Assembly (NCBI RefSeq): GCF_009914755.1
Contig: NC_060933.1
Origin: the human T2T-CHM13v2.0 reference genome, Homo sapiens
DNA: 64,000 nt
Strand: one strand, 5' to 3'
The notes beneath the pieces are model-generated. The model ran no database searches. It was not told where the DNA came from and saw only the letters and a list, made by a program, of their open reading frames with translations. How positions within the stretch are numbered: position 1 is the stretch's first letter; each line of letters opens with the position of its first letter. Below, piece by piece: positions 1 to 14,710 of the stretch. The position numbers and the translations under genes were made by a program.

Positions 1-224
1 CCTCCAACTCCCATCCCGCTGGCTGCGGGCTGCTGGCAAGGCTTCAGCTCTGTGGCTCTTCTGCTCTGCTCCACGTGAAGGCCAAGAGGAAGCCCTCAGG
101 GATGGAGCTGCAGAGGCTCGAGCTGGAGTAGAGCAGGGATATGGGTGAGCACCATAGCTGCTTGTTACAAATAACATATTAAGAAAATGCTCGTTTCATA
201 TAATTAAATTCACACATGTAGCGA

Positions 225-425
225 ATGCAGGGTAATGCTTGAGCTTTGAAGTTGGACAGATTTAAGTTGGAATTTCCCTCCTATTGGTACTAGCAGTATG
301 ACATTCAACCAGCTATTTAGCTGCTTCATACATGGTAAAGCTTTCTTAGGATGTATAAATGAGTATACATTTATGAAACTCTAACTGAATTTCTGGCATA
401 TATTAGGTATTCAATTAGCATTAAG
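225..425 (+). mobile_element. MIR SINE fragment
   Basis: Degenerate MIR core-like text (gctttgaagttggacagatttaagttggaat...actagcagtatgacatt); recognised by eye. Confidence 0.45.
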
Positions 426-499
426 GTATATTACAAGCAATAAAATTGCTGTGGCTTAAGGTATGTTACTCTTCAAATTTACAAGGTAATTCCAATTTT

Positions 500-3030
500 T
501 TCCAACAATTCCAGTCGTTAAACAGATTTACATTACCACCAGAGGTTTATGGGAGTTTCGGTTGCTTTACATCCTTGACAATTTTCAGTCTTTATAATTT
601 TAAACTTTGCCTTAGGTATGTAGCAGTATCTCATTGCGGTTTTAGTTTTCATTTCCTTACAGATTAACAAGATTTGTTGGGGTCATTTGAATATTCACTT
701 TTGTCATGTGCCTGTTCAAATTTCTTGCCTATTTATCTATTTAGTTGTATTTTTATTGATTTATAAACAATTTATGTAGTTTGGATACCAGTCTTTTTTG
801 GTATTATATGTTGCTAATACCTTTTCCCACTTGGTGACCTGCCTTTTCATTCTCTTAATTGATGAACAGAACTTTTTAATCTTGAAAGTAATCCAATTTA
901 TCGATCTTTTCCTTTATGTTCACTGCTTCCTGTCAGGTTAAAACATTTCCTCATAACAATATTGTGAAGATATTTCTCCATGTTGTGTTTCAGAACTTTC
1001 ATATTTTTTACGTTTTACATTTAGACCTGCAAATAAACTGGAGTTGATTTTTGATTTTTGAATGGTATGAGGTGGGTTATGTTTTCTTTTTTTTTCTGTG
1101 CAGATAACCATTTGACTCATCAAATTTACTGAAAGCATATCATCCCTTTACTGAATTGCAGTTTCATTTTTTTATAAGTAAATTTACATATGTGCAGTTG
1201 TGTTTTTATACTCCCTGGTCTCTTGCATTCATCTATTTGGTTTTCCTGGTGCCAATTTCTATACTTTATTAACTAAGGTAAATTTATCATACATTTTGAT
1301 ATTTGAAGAAGCTTTCCAACTTTATTATTTTTCAATATTTCCTTGGCTATTCTTGACACTTTATACACATACAAATTTTAGAATCAGCTAGATAATAACT
1401 ATAAAAACTACTTGCTGATATTATAATTTGGATGGTGTTGAATCTATAAATAATTTGGGGGGACCATTGGCCTCTATATACAATTGAATCATCAAATCCA
1501 TTAATACAGTATAGCCTGCCATTTACTTAAGTAAGGTATTACAAGTAATACCTTATAGCTTGTTGTGAGGCAATCTTGCTTCACTGGATCTATTTGCAAG
1601 TTTAGGATGGTTTATAAGTAATAGCTTACGTTAATTTCTAATGTTCTTGTTAGTATATAGTAATGCAATTGGTATTTGCTAATTATTCTTGTATTCAGCA
1701 TCCTTGCTAAATATACTTCTAAATTCTAATAATTTGCTTGTAGAGTCACTTTTATTTTCTACATACCCAAACATATTGTCTGCAAATAATGACAGTTGTG
1801 TTTCTTCTTTTCTAATTCTTGCAATTTTAATTTCTTTTCCTGGCCATATTGCACCAGTTAAAGCCTCAAAGATGATGTCAAATTGAAGTAATCTTTGTCT
1901 CCTCTTTATTTCAAATGAGCAAGCTTTCAACTTTTTATACTTAAGTGTGATGTTTGTTGTAGGTTTATGTAGATACCATTTATCAGATTATGGGCATTCT
2001 TTTCTATTACCAGTCTGCTAGGTTATTTTTTATTAATTTAAAAATGATGAACAGATGTTGAATTTTTTCACATGTATTTTCTGCATCTAATAATATAATT
2101 ATGATGAATTATCTGTCATTCCATTAATGAATTACATTGACTGATTAGCAATGTTCAACCATTATTGCAGTCTTAGAAATAAACTCAGCTTTGTTATGAT
2201 GTCTATATGATGCCAATATTATAAGATTTTTGCATTTCACATTTATGTTTATGAAGAAGATTGATCTGTGATTTCACCTTCTTGTAATGTACTTGTCAGA
2301 TTTGATATCAAGTTATGTTTTTGCATAAAAGAAATAGAGAATAATTTGGTATCATTTCTATCTTAAAATTTTAGTAAATTTACTGGTGAAAGCATTTAGG
2401 CCTGAATTTCTTTTCCTGTAGAAAAAAATGTTTAATTGTTGATAAATTTTCTCTCATAGATTTAGTACTATTCAGAGGTTCTATGTTTCTTGTGTTAATT
2501 TTATAATTGAGGCTTTCTGGACCTTAGTCAATTTCTATCTACCTTTTTCAAACTCATTGGTGTAAAGTTTTGCATACAATCATTTTGTCTTTTAAATGTA
2601 TGTAGGGTCTGTAGTAGTATTCCATTTTTAATCCCCAAATTGGTAATTTGTACATTCTTTCTCTTCTTGAATTTGTTTGTAGTTATTTTCTATTTTATTG
2701 CAGTTATTTTTTATGTTGTTATTTTTTGTTTGCATCTTTAGAAAAGGCGAGAAATTTATATGATCTGGAGAGAAACCAGAGTGTAAGTTTGCATCTTTAT
2801 TAATTCCTCCCTTCTACTATCGTTGATTTAATTTGATCTTCACTTTATAACTTTCAGTGTTAGATATTAAACCCCTTAATTTCTAAAATTTCTAATTTTA
2901 TAATATATTCATGTGAATACAGCTTTAGCTGTGTCTCACAAGCTCTACACTGTATTTTTATCACCATTCAGTTGAAAGCATTTCTAGTTTCCTTTGTTAT
3001 TGTTTTCTCTGACCAGTAGATGATTTAGAA
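500..3030 (-). mobile_element. Old L1M (L1ME/MC-type) ORF2 and 3' fragments
   Basis: T-rich antisense L1 text; minus-strand ORF 1679-1930 contains the degenerate RT motif QLSLFADNM. Confidence 0.75.
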
Positions 3031-3032
3031 GC

Positions 3033-3592
3033 TGTGTCTGATGCTTCTGGTGCCAACATTTCATCTCCCAGTCTGCTCTGGTTTCAGCTGCAGCTGCAGT
3101 GAGCTCCTTTCTTGTTGACAGCCTCTCACCTCAAGTGTGACCCGTGTAACTCTCTACTTCTGCTCCAGGACAACTCAGATTCTCTGGGAGGCTGCTTGAC
3201 TTGTGCACAAATCCAGTTGTCCAATACAGGGAAGTCAATCTCTATCTACCATTTTCAAACTCCTTGGAGGAGTTTGCCTTTTTCAAATTTCCTTGGAGGG
3301 AAATTGACCTCTAAGGCCACTCAATCCATGGTCAAGTGGAGCTGGTATATAAATGTCTCAGCCTTCTTTCCTTCACTGGTAAGTTCTGGGGTGCTTTATG
3401 CCTGTCACAGGTTCCTAAGCAATCAAGTCATCATTGGACAAACCAGATACTTTACATCATTGGGTTTCCCAGATTCCTTGTCTGGATTTTCCCATTCTCT
3501 CATTGCTGCTTCCAGAGAGCACCTTCCAAATAGACTCTCTATACTATGCTCTTATCTCCAGATCTGCTTTTGGGGGAATTCAAAATATAACT
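3033..3592 (+). mobile_element. ERVL solo LTR, LTR16-like
   Basis: Starts TGT, ends ...tctgcttttgggggaattcaaaatataac, resembling the LTR16 3' terminus; interrupts the L1M. Confidence 0.5.
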
Positions 3593-4169
3593 ATTGTATT
3601 ACTTAATTTCCAATTATAAAGAAACTCAGGTTTTTTTTGAAATTAGTGATTTCTACCTTAATTTTACTGTGGTCAGAGAAAATTTCCTCTAAAATCAGTA
3701 CTTTTGAATCATGCTTATATATTATCTGTTCCAAAATACATAACATTAGTATTTAAAAAGGATATATAATGTAGCTGATGTGGCAGGTGGTGGTATTTTT
3801 AGTGGACAGAGGAAAGAGATTGTAAATAGAAATGGTCAAGGGCAACTTCTTTCTTGGGTTGTCATTTGGGTACTGAAGTTTGTCCTGCCATCTTTGCAGC
3901 TGAGTGATAAAATGGGGCCTGGAGGTGCCTCTCATCTTCAAGATGCCCTCACCTTTTGGAAGCTAAGTGGGAATGGTGGAGCTCCACATAGAGTAGGCAA
4001 GGAGCAGGCTGCATGCACGAATGTTTTAATGCGGGCCTTAATCTAAGAGTTTCTCAAAGTCACCCGTGGTGCAGCTTCATTCACAGCCAAGAGAATAGAT
4101 AGGGATTTGTGGCCAATATTTCATGTGGCAAGAGTGAGGATTTGTCTGTAATGCTCTGTGTTTGTTTCC

Positions 4170-5195
<1,026 letters not shown>

Positions 5196-6239
5196 TAAGG
5201 AAGGAAGACATTTTTGGGGTAGAGAGGTAAAAGTTTTTTTTTTTTCTTTCACTGTTTTTCCTTGGTGGTGGCAGTAAGTGTACCTCACACACTCTGTGTG
5301 TCCCTCAGGGGCCTTTTATTTTTTTAAATCTCAAGGAAGTTATGAGCTGTGCCTGGGTCTGGGCAGAGGGCTGAGGCCTGGGCTGCAGGACTCTGGAGCT
5401 GCCTACACTCACTGTGGCCCCCACCTTGGCACAGCCCCTGCCCCTGCAAGCCAGGGCTGGGGGACACTGAGCTCTGCACATCCCACCCTGACAGAGGAGT
5501 GGAGTCGGGCCAGAGACTGCTCTTCTTCCTGATCTTTCAGATAGTCCTTTCAGCCTGGAAGGGAACTGTTTCCTTCCGCCCTGCTTCTTGAGCAAGGGAC
5601 CCACGTTGGCTGCCTTGGTTTCCTCAGCTGCCGCTCTCCTATCCTGCTGAATCTGCTCCTGCGTTAATCTCTCTGCCAGGTTCCTCTCTCTGTGCATGCC
5701 ACCAGCTGCCCAGTGCAGAGTTCTCAGCCCTGCCTCCTGGGCCCTGGCTTTGTCATGGATCACCACTTCCTCTCTGCTTAATGGAACCCTTCCCTGGTTC
5801 TTAGGACTCTCGGCTCCTGGTTTTCATCCTTCTTCTCTGAACACTTCTGTGTTTTTCTCCCCGGTCAGGTACTTATAACTCAAATTTATAACCTTGGCTT
5901 TCATTTCTAAGCCAAGTGTAAAACCTGCAGGTATAAAGAAAAAAAAACGCACTTTTTTTTGTCAGATATGTTAACATCATATCTGGCACTAATTAGCAAA
6001 TAACTTTCCAGAAATATGTAACCTGTCAGCAGCATAGCTTCTAATTCCAAAGTTAGTTCTGTCAGTATACATGTAGATCTTGATATAGATCTTTATATAG
6101 ATACAGACATGCACATAAAATTTCCCTTAGTTCTAGCCATTGGAAAGATCATATCTTAGGGTTCCATCATTATAGATACATCTACAATTCTCCAGGTGAC
6201 TCGTTTTCACAAAGGAGCAGGTGCCTGTGCACAGGGGTA

Positions 6240-6510
6240 TGACAAGTTGGTAAAGTGAGAAGGCATTCCAGGCAAAGTGCACAGCGCAGGCAAGCACCTG
6301 AAGCTGGAGAGAGCCTGCTGTGATGGGGACCGTGGGTAAAGGGAGGTGGATCTGCAAACGGAGACAAGGTTGAGGTCATCCCGTGCCCCTGATAGTACTC
6401 TAAGGAATTTAGATGTTAGTTTCAGTGACAAGAACCATTTGAGGATTTTTAAACAAGGGAACGACTTGAAAGGATTCGTGTTAGAATATAGATTTGATCT
6501 TTTTAAGGGC
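6240..6510 (-). mobile_element. L2 fragment
   Basis: aggcattccaggcaaagtgcacagc...gaggatttttaaacaaggg is typical antisense L2 text. Confidence 0.5.
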
Positions 6511-7869
6511 ACAGAGAACTCTCAAAAGAAAACTCATTCGGGCAGCAGGATATTTAAAGGAGATGTGAAGAAGGCCAGGCACCCCAGCAAAAAGTGACAG
6601 GTCAGGACAGAGGCAGCAGGGCGTTGTTGTTTAGGCCTGGGCAGACTGGGGCAGCCAGTAGGGAGCAGTTGCTGGATAGTGGGGGCTGGGGGTTGCGGAC
6701 GGAACAAGTAGAGGTAATCTAGTATCATATTAAAGAAGATGTATTGAGACTTGTTATTTAAACAGAGCTTGTTTAATCTGTATAAATACCAGTGGTGACA
6801 TTTTGCTTAAAATGTTAATGTTTTTAGATTTTGCATGTTTCTATACAGCCGCTGCGCACATGACCTTTTTTGTTCCCTTCCCCTCTCCTGCCCACCTTGA
6901 GTCTCCTTTCCCCTTCCCTCCCCTCTTCTCCCCTTTTCTGCACTATCCTCTCTGCTCTTACATTTGGTTTTGTTTTTAAATGTTTTACCTTTTAAAGAAA
7001 GCGTTGGGTTTCTGATTGCAACTTCTCCTAAATCCACTAGGTGGAAGTAAAGTATGCAATTTTCTTTTTCCCATACCATTGCAACGTGTTTCAAATGTAA
7101 ACGGGCTCACATTAAATATATGAGTTTTTACAAAAGTGGAAAATATTTATTATATATCCTTTTGGAAATATCAAAAGTCAGATAAACAAACTAAAATTAA
7201 ACTGTAATGCCTATACCACATTCATAGCTAACCACTCTTTCTCTGCAATTTATTTTAAATTCATATATTTTGTAGTTAATTGGCATCATACTTAAAAAAT
7301 CGTTTAGTTCCCTAATTTATTTTACCTACCACTGTATCCTAGACATTTTTCTACATTATTCTCAAGACTTTAAAATTGTAATATAAAATTATAATTGATG
7401 TATATTGTATATGCCTCTATATCTCCATAGATATAGTGAAGGTTTTATAAATAAGACATTTATAGTCATACATGTACCTGTTTGCCCGCATCTCTGGCCT
7501 TTTGAAAGATAGATTCACAGAATTTTATTTGAGAATCAAAAGGAATGGACATTTTTAGGACTCTTGATCTGTTGCATTGTTTACAAAATGGATGAAGCAT
7601 GTACCTGCTTGTCACAGCTATATCTGAGAGGTCCCTGCCTCTCATTCCCACCCCCCTCTCCCCGCCACCCTCGCCAAATCTAGATCAGTGTCTTTTTCTC
7701 GTTAAGGAGTCTTAGTCTTCTGACTTTACTTCCAAAGAGGTAATGGTAAAACAGCTTGGCCAGATTCCTGGATGGACGCTGATGGACTCAACCAAACTAA
7801 TTTTTCTTCTTTGTGAATTTGCCCAGTGTCATTAATCAGAACAATTTTTGAAAGTAAGAAGAAAGGTAT

Positions 7870-7888
7870 TGGCCAGCAGATGGCGCCC
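7870..7888 (+). promoter_or_regulatory. CTCF binding motif
   Basis: TGGCCAGCAGATGGCGCCC matches the CTCF core CCASYAGRKGGCRS exactly, in apparently unique sequence. Confidence 0.6.
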
Positions 7889-8378
7889 TAGAATAAAACA
7901 GAGGTAGATGAAGAAATGTTGATTTTTCTTGCCATGATTTCTCTCTAAGCAATGGTTGAATTTGACATACGTATGCTGTAAGGAAGTTGTTAAGAATAAA
8001 AACAGCCAATGCTCAGAGTTAAGAAAATGCAATGGTTTAGCAGGAATCCATCCACGGGAGTACAGAAAGTTGAAAATGTTCAAAATTTAACACTTGGCTG
8101 TGCTACATTTATGTTTGCCGGCTTAGGTAGGAGTTTGAATGCTTTCCTAGTGAGGACCCGAGAGCAATGATGAGTCGAGGTCTTCATTCCTAGTCAGGCC
8201 TCCTCAAGCTCATATTTTCTGTCTTTTGTGAGGCATTGTTCCTCCTACCATGACCCAAGGGCTTTACACATATACTAAGTAGAAAATCTAATATCTGTGC
8301 TTACAATATGTCTTCTCTGTAGTACAGGTATTAAAATTACAATTTCCCTTCTTAAAGATATGGTAGGATCCAATAAAG

Positions 8379-8657
8379 GAGCACTATGGAGCTTTAAAAA
8401 TGATGAATATCTCTAAACTTTCACTAGTAACCATGATAAAATAAGTTTTATCAGATCATCATTGTCTAGAGATAGATATATAGAGATAGATGGATAGAAT
8501 CTATGTATCAACATCTGTGTAATATATGAACGACACATATTCATTTTAGGTTTTCTGGTTGTTCCTGGTGGCAATGGTGATCTGATAAACCTATTTTATC
8601 ACAGTTACAAGTGGAAGTCTAGAGATATTTATCATTCTTTAAAGCTTCATAGTGCTC
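8379..8657. repeat. Inverted repeat, about 86-bp arms (8379-8464 / 8572-8657), 107-bp spacer
   Basis: Manual alignment of left arm to reverse complement of right arm: 9 substitutions and 2 indels. Confidence 0.9.
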
Positions 8658-8754
8658 TCTTTTGTGGCTGTTTTACAAAATCCCTGTTGGTAAGCACCCT
8701 TGCCTTCAAAATGTGATTATTAGAAACTAGCAAATGAAAATTTCCCAGTGCTTT

Positions 8755-10850
8755 TTTTTATGGTTTTATAATTTTTTGAGGTATAATTGATATGCAAGAA
8801 ACTACATATATTTAAAGTGTACAATTTAAAAAGCCTTGACAGAAGTACACACCTATAAATCAATCGCCGTAATCAAGATTGCTGACATAACTACACCCCA
8901 AAAACTTTCCTTGTACCTCTTTGTACCCCTTGTACCTCCCTCCTTTCTCCTACTTCCATGGCCAAGGAACTACTGATCTGTTTTCTTTCATTATGAATTA
9001 ATTTTGCTTTTCTAGAATTTTACATATATACTTTTATGTCTGTCTTCTTTCACTTTTGAGATTCATTTATGGTTGCATGTATTAATATTTCATTCCTTTG
9101 TGTCATTGTGTGATAGAGCACATTTTGTTTATCCTTTCACTTTTTGATGAACATTTAGATAGCTTCTAATGTTTTTAGTATTTACAAAAAGCTGTTGTAA
9201 GTATTTGTGTGAAAGTCTTTGTACAAACCCATTTTTTTTTTTTTGCCCTTGAGGGAAATGCTTTGGAGAGGGATCATATATTAAGTGCACATTCAATTTT
9301 TTTAAAAATAAATTTTATTGTGTATATTTAAGATATACATTACATTTTGGGGCACATATAGCCAGTAAAAAGGGTACTGTACTGAAGCAAAGTAACATGT
9401 CCATCATCTCACATAGTTACCCATTTTTTTGTGTGTGCATGGCAAGAACAACTAAAATCTACTCATTTAGCATGAATTCCATATATCGCACGATTTTATT
9501 ACCTATAATTCTCATGTTCTCCCTTAGATCCCTAGACTTGTTCATCCTACATATCTGTTACTTTGTATCCTCTGACCTACATCTCCCCATTACCACTCCC
9601 CCGACCCCCATGTCTCCCTGCCCCCCACCCATTGCCCCTGGTAACCACTATTTTGTTCTCTGTCTCTGTATACTTGCATTTTTTTATATAGAAAGAAAAA
9701 CATTACATCTCACTTACATGTAGAATCTTTTTAACAATGTGAAACATTTAACCTTTTCATAAATCAACAGAAAGTTTCTGATGGCAGTTATACTATTTCA
9801 CATTTCTACCAGCAGGAGAGTTCCAGCTCCTTTACCTCTTCCAATATGTGGTGTGGTCCGTGCTTTTACTTTGAGCCATTGTATTAGGTGCATACTACCC
9901 TCTCATTGTGGTTTTAATTTGATTTTTCCTATGACTAATGATATTTCATTTGCTTGGTTGCAAAACATGCATCTTTTTTGGTGAAGTATCTGTTTAAATC
10001 TTCTGCCCATTAAAAAAATTAGGTTATTTATTTTTTAGTATCGAGTTTGAGAGTTTTTTTATATTTACTGAGTAAACTTCTTTACTGTATATATGTTTTG
10101 AAAATGTATTCTCTTAGTCTATGGCCTGTCATTTCATTCTCTTGACAGTATCTGTAAGAGTATCCTTTGAAGAACAGACAGTTTTAATTGTGGTGAAAAC
10201 TAATTTATCAAGTTGTTCTTTTATGGATGTTATTTTTGGTGTCGTATTTAAGAAATCTTTGTCTAAGCCAAAGTCACAGGTTTTCTCCTATTTTTTTTTC
10301 TAAAATGTTCTATAGTTTTAGGTTTACAGTTTTGGTCTATTAACAATTTTGGTCTATTAACAATTTTGAGTTCTTTTTTTATGGAGCAAATTATAGGCCA
10401 ATTTTTCTTTCCTGTGTATGAATATAAAATTATTCCAACATGATTTTCTGAAAAGAGTATTCATGTTTTTGCTGAAACCACACTGTCTTGGTTACTGCAG
10501 TTTTATAATAATTCTTTGAATTCTATATTGTGATTCCTCTGTCTTTATTCTTTTCTCAGGTTGTTTTGGATGGTCTAGGTTCTTTGTATTTCCAGACAAT
10601 TGATTTTTGTATCTTGTATCCTGAATCTTGTTAAATCACTTATTACTTTTGTAGAATTGTATATTTCATTACCTTTTCTAACATAGATAATCATGCTTCT
10701 GTGAATGATGATAGTTTTATGTTTTTCTTTCCAATATAAATGCATTTTATTTATTTTTCTTATCTTACTACACTGGCTGAAACCTCAAGTATACCTCAAG
10801 TATAATGTTAAATAGAAGTTGTGAATGTGGACATGCCTGTCTTGCCATGA
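8755..10850 (-). mobile_element. Old L1M 3' fragments with nested L1MA-type 3' end (about 9300-9690)
   Basis: Antisense L1 3'UTR and ORF2 C-terminal text. Confidence 0.75.
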
Positions 10851-10853
10851 TTT

Positions 10854-11015
10854 TGAAACTCAACCTAATAGCCCCATAGATAGTTTTTGTTTGTTTGTTT
10901 TATCATAGAAATTGACTCCCTGATCTTAAAGCTTGAAACTTTTGTTTTATCTGAGTCCCTTCCTTGGGAAATGGTCTTCTGGCCTCTCAAAAAAGGTGTC
11001 AAAGAACTGAAACTC
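10854..11015 (+). mobile_element. 5' fragment of an ERV1-class LTR (related to the LTR at 45468)
   Basis: tgaaactcaacctaatagccccatag...catagaaattgactccc...gaactgaaactc aligns with the start of the 45468 LTR; truncated on the right. Confidence 0.7.
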
Positions 11016-11257
11016 CTATTGTTTTCTTCATATCTTGTTTTTGAAGTTTGTTTGCTTCTGTGGAATTTTAGTTTTTATCATATATATATAAGATTTTAAG
11101 GGATTTTTTAAACAATATTTTTGTCTCTTTCTGCACTTTATTCTGTCATTCGTGGGATCTGATTACATGTATACTAGGCTAGTTGACACTCCTATAGCTG
11201 ATAGATGCTTTATACATTTTTTATTTTTTTCTTTCATTTTGTGTTTTATTTTGTATG

Positions 11258-11596
11258 ATTCCTTCCTTCCTTCCTTCCTTCCTTCCTTCCTTCCTTCCTT
11301 TCTTTCTTTCTTTCTTCTTTCTTTTTTTGGAAATGGAGTTTCCCTGTTGTCACTCAGGCTGGAGTGCAGTGGCAGTGGCACGATCTCTGCTCACTGCAAC
11401 CTCCACGTCCCAGGTTCTAGTGATTCTCCCACGTCAGCCTCTCACGTGCCACTGTGCCCATCTAAGTTTGTATTTTTAGTAGAGACGGGATTTCACCACG
11501 TTGACCAGGCTGGTCTTGAACTCCTGACCTCAGGTCAGCCACCCACCTTGGCCTCCCAAAGGGTTGGGATTACAGGCATGAGTCACCATGCCTGGA
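11258..11596 (-). mobile_element. AluS with internal deletion and (TTCC)n/(TTTC)n tail
   Basis: Antisense Alu lacking the gtagctgggattacagg segment; tail expanded into a TTCC microsatellite. Confidence 0.9.
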
Positions 11597-11899
11597 CTGA
11601 TTTCTGTTTTCATTTCTTCAAGTTCACCTGTCAATCTTCTGCAACATCTAATCCACATTAGCCTAATTCAGTACAATTTCATTACACAATGCTGCTTTCA
11701 TCTGTAGAAGTTTGATTGGGTGGTTCTTGTGTCTTTCATGTTTGTAACATTTTGAATGTATACAATCCATTTATAATAAGTGTTTCAATGTCCTTGTCTA
11801 CTAATTCTAATACCTGCATCAGTTTTGATTGGTTGATTTTTCTCTTCATTATCTGTCATGCTTATCTGCTTCTTTCTATTCTTATTTTTATTTTTATAG

Positions 11900-14710
11900 A
11901 TAATTTTAAAAGACTTTAATTTTTTGAGAAGTTTTAAGTTTATAGAAAAATCAGTAGAATGTCTAGAAAGTTCCTAATCCCCCCCACACACTCAGTTTTC
12001 TCTATTATTTACATTTTGTATTAGGGTGGTACTTTTAAAAATAATTGATGGGTTAATATTGATATATTATTATTAAATAGTGTAAATAGATGACTTTAGG
12101 GTTTGCTCATTGTGTTGTGTGTTCTATACACTTTGACAAATGTGCAGTGACATGTGTGCATCGTTGCAGTATCAGATAGAACAGTTTCAGTGCCCTAAAC
12201 ATTCCCTGTGCTTCACTATTTATATCTCTCACAAGCCTCTGGCAAACGCTGAACTTTTTTTTTTTTTAACTGTCCTCATAGTTTTGCCTTTTCCAGAATG
12301 TCATATAGTTGGAATTATACAGTGTATTGTCTTTTTATGTGGGCTTTTGTTCACTTAGCATATGTTTTTAAGGTTTCTCCATATATATTTTTAAAATAGA
12401 CTTTATTTTTAGAGCAGATTAGGTTCACAGCAAAATTGAGCAAAAGATACAGAGATTTCACATGTACCCCTCCCCACATATTTGTATCAATATCCCACTA
12501 TCAATATCCTGCACCCTCACTATCACTATCAATATCCTGCACCAAGAGTGGAATATTTGTTACTATGGGTTAAACTACAGTGAGTGACACATCGTTATCA
12601 CCTGAAATCCATAGTTTACATTCGAGTTCACTGTTGGTATTGTATATTTGAGTTTTGGCACATGTATAATTACATTTATTCACCATTAAGAGGCAGAGTA
12701 GTTCCACTGCCCTAAAAATCCCCTGTGCTCTGCTGATTCATCCCTCCTTCCCCACAACCCCAGCAAGCACTGATCTTTTTATAGTCTCTGTAGTTCTGCC
12801 TTTTCCAGAATGCCATACGGTTAAAATCATACAGCATGTAGCCTTTTCAGATTGGATTGTTTCATTTGTTAATATGTATTTAAGATTTTGCAGTGTATTT
12901 TTATTGCTTGATAGCTTATTTATTTTCAGTGCTGAATAATATTCCATTGTCTAGATATACCACAGGTTACTTATCTATTCATCTGCTGAAGGACATCTTG
13001 TTGTTTCCAAGTTTTGGTAATTCTGAGTAAAGCTTCCATAAACATTTGTGTGAAGGTTTTTGTGTCGATGTAAGTTTTCAGATCATTTGGTAAAATCTCG
13101 AGGAGCATGATTGTTGGATTTTATGGTAAGTGTGTATATAGTTTTGTAAGAAACTGCCAGACTATCTTTCAAAGTGGCTATACTGTCTTGCCTTCCCACC
13201 AGCAATGAGAATTCTTGTTGTTGCACATCCTCATTATCATTTTCTGTCACTGTTCTGGATTTTAGCTATTTTAATATGTGTATAGTGGTATCTCATTGTT
13301 TTAATCAGCATTTTCACAGTGACATATGATGTGAAACATCTTTTCATATGCTTATGTACCATCTGTATCTCTTCTTTGTTGAGGTGTCTGTTAAGGTCTT
13401 TGGCCCATTTTTAAACCAGATTTTTTTCTTATTGTTGAGTTTTAAAAATTCTTTGTATATTTGGATAACAATCCTTTATCAGATGTCTCTTTTACAAGTA
13501 TTGTTTCCAAGTGTGTGGCTTGTCTTTTTATTCTCTTGACAGTGTATTTTACAGAGTAGACTTTGTTTATTTTAATGAAGTCAGGTTATAAATTCTTCCA
13601 TGGATTATGCTTTTGGTGATTTATCTAAAAAGTTATCACAAAAATTAAAGTCATCTGGATTTTCTTCTAAGTTACCCTTGAGAAGTGTTATAGTCTTGTC
13701 TTTTATACTTATTTATGTGATTCATTTTGAGTTAATTTTGTGAAGGGTGTCTGTGTCAAGACTCATTATTTATTTTTTTGCATGTAAATGTCCAAGTGTT
13801 CCAGCACCAATTGTTGAAAAGACTGTGTTTTCTCCATTGCTTTATTATATTTGCCCCTTTGTGAAAGATCATTTGACTGTATTTATGTGGGTTTATTTTT
13901 GGGCTTGTTATTATTCTGTTCCATTGATCTATTTGGATCTTCTTTTGCCAGTACCACATGGTCTTGATCAGTGTAAGTCCTGAAGTTGTGCAGTATCAGT
14001 CCCACAACTTTATTCTCCTCCTTCAATATTCTGAGTCCTTTTCCTTTTTATATAAACTGTATAAACTTTAAAATTTAACATATAAACTTTAAAATTAAAA
14101 TTTAAAGCATATACACTTTAAAATTAAAATTAAAAGCAAATAAACTTTAAAATTAATTTCCTGATATTCACAAAATTACTTTCTGTGACTCTGATGAAAA
14201 TTGCATTGAATCTATAGAAAGCATTTTTAATTGCAGAAATAATGTATGAGCCTATTCTGTTTATCAAAGTAAAGTTACAGATAAGCCAAAGTGCCTTTTT
14301 TCCCAAATTGTCAATGCTAACCACTCCTAAAAGAAAACCAAGGTAATTGTTGTGTTTGATATAGTCTTTCACACTTTAAAACGTGTTTATGTACAAAATA
14401 TATGTCTCTAGAAAGAAGTTGGGAAGAACTGACATCTTGACAATATTGACTCTTTCTTTCCATGAACACAGAATATCTCTTCATTAATTTAGTTATTCTG
14501 TGGTTTCTTTTATCATCTTTTTGTAGTCTTTCTCATATAGATCTTATACATATTTTTTACAGCTTATACCTAAGAATTTCATTATTAGGGGTGCAAATGT
14601 ACATAGTAATATGTTTTTAATTTCAAATTTTATGTATTTATTGCTGATCCATAGAAAAGTGTTTGACTTTTGTATATTAATCTTGCACCTTGCTATAATT
14701 GCTTCTTATT
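11900..14710 (-). mobile_element. Old L1MC/MB element(s), host of the L1HS insertion; continues at 20760-21004
   Basis: Minus-strand ORF fragments MEYYSALK and WYWQKKIQIDQWNRI are ORF2 C-terminal homologs; sequence resumes after the L1HS TSD. Confidence 0.8.
14217..14415 (+). repeat. About 199-bp inserted copy of 21005-21203
   Basis: Direct repeat with 9 substitutions and 2 indels; interrupts old L1 text gcattgaatctata|...|aagttgggaagaactgacatc. Confidence 0.95.
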
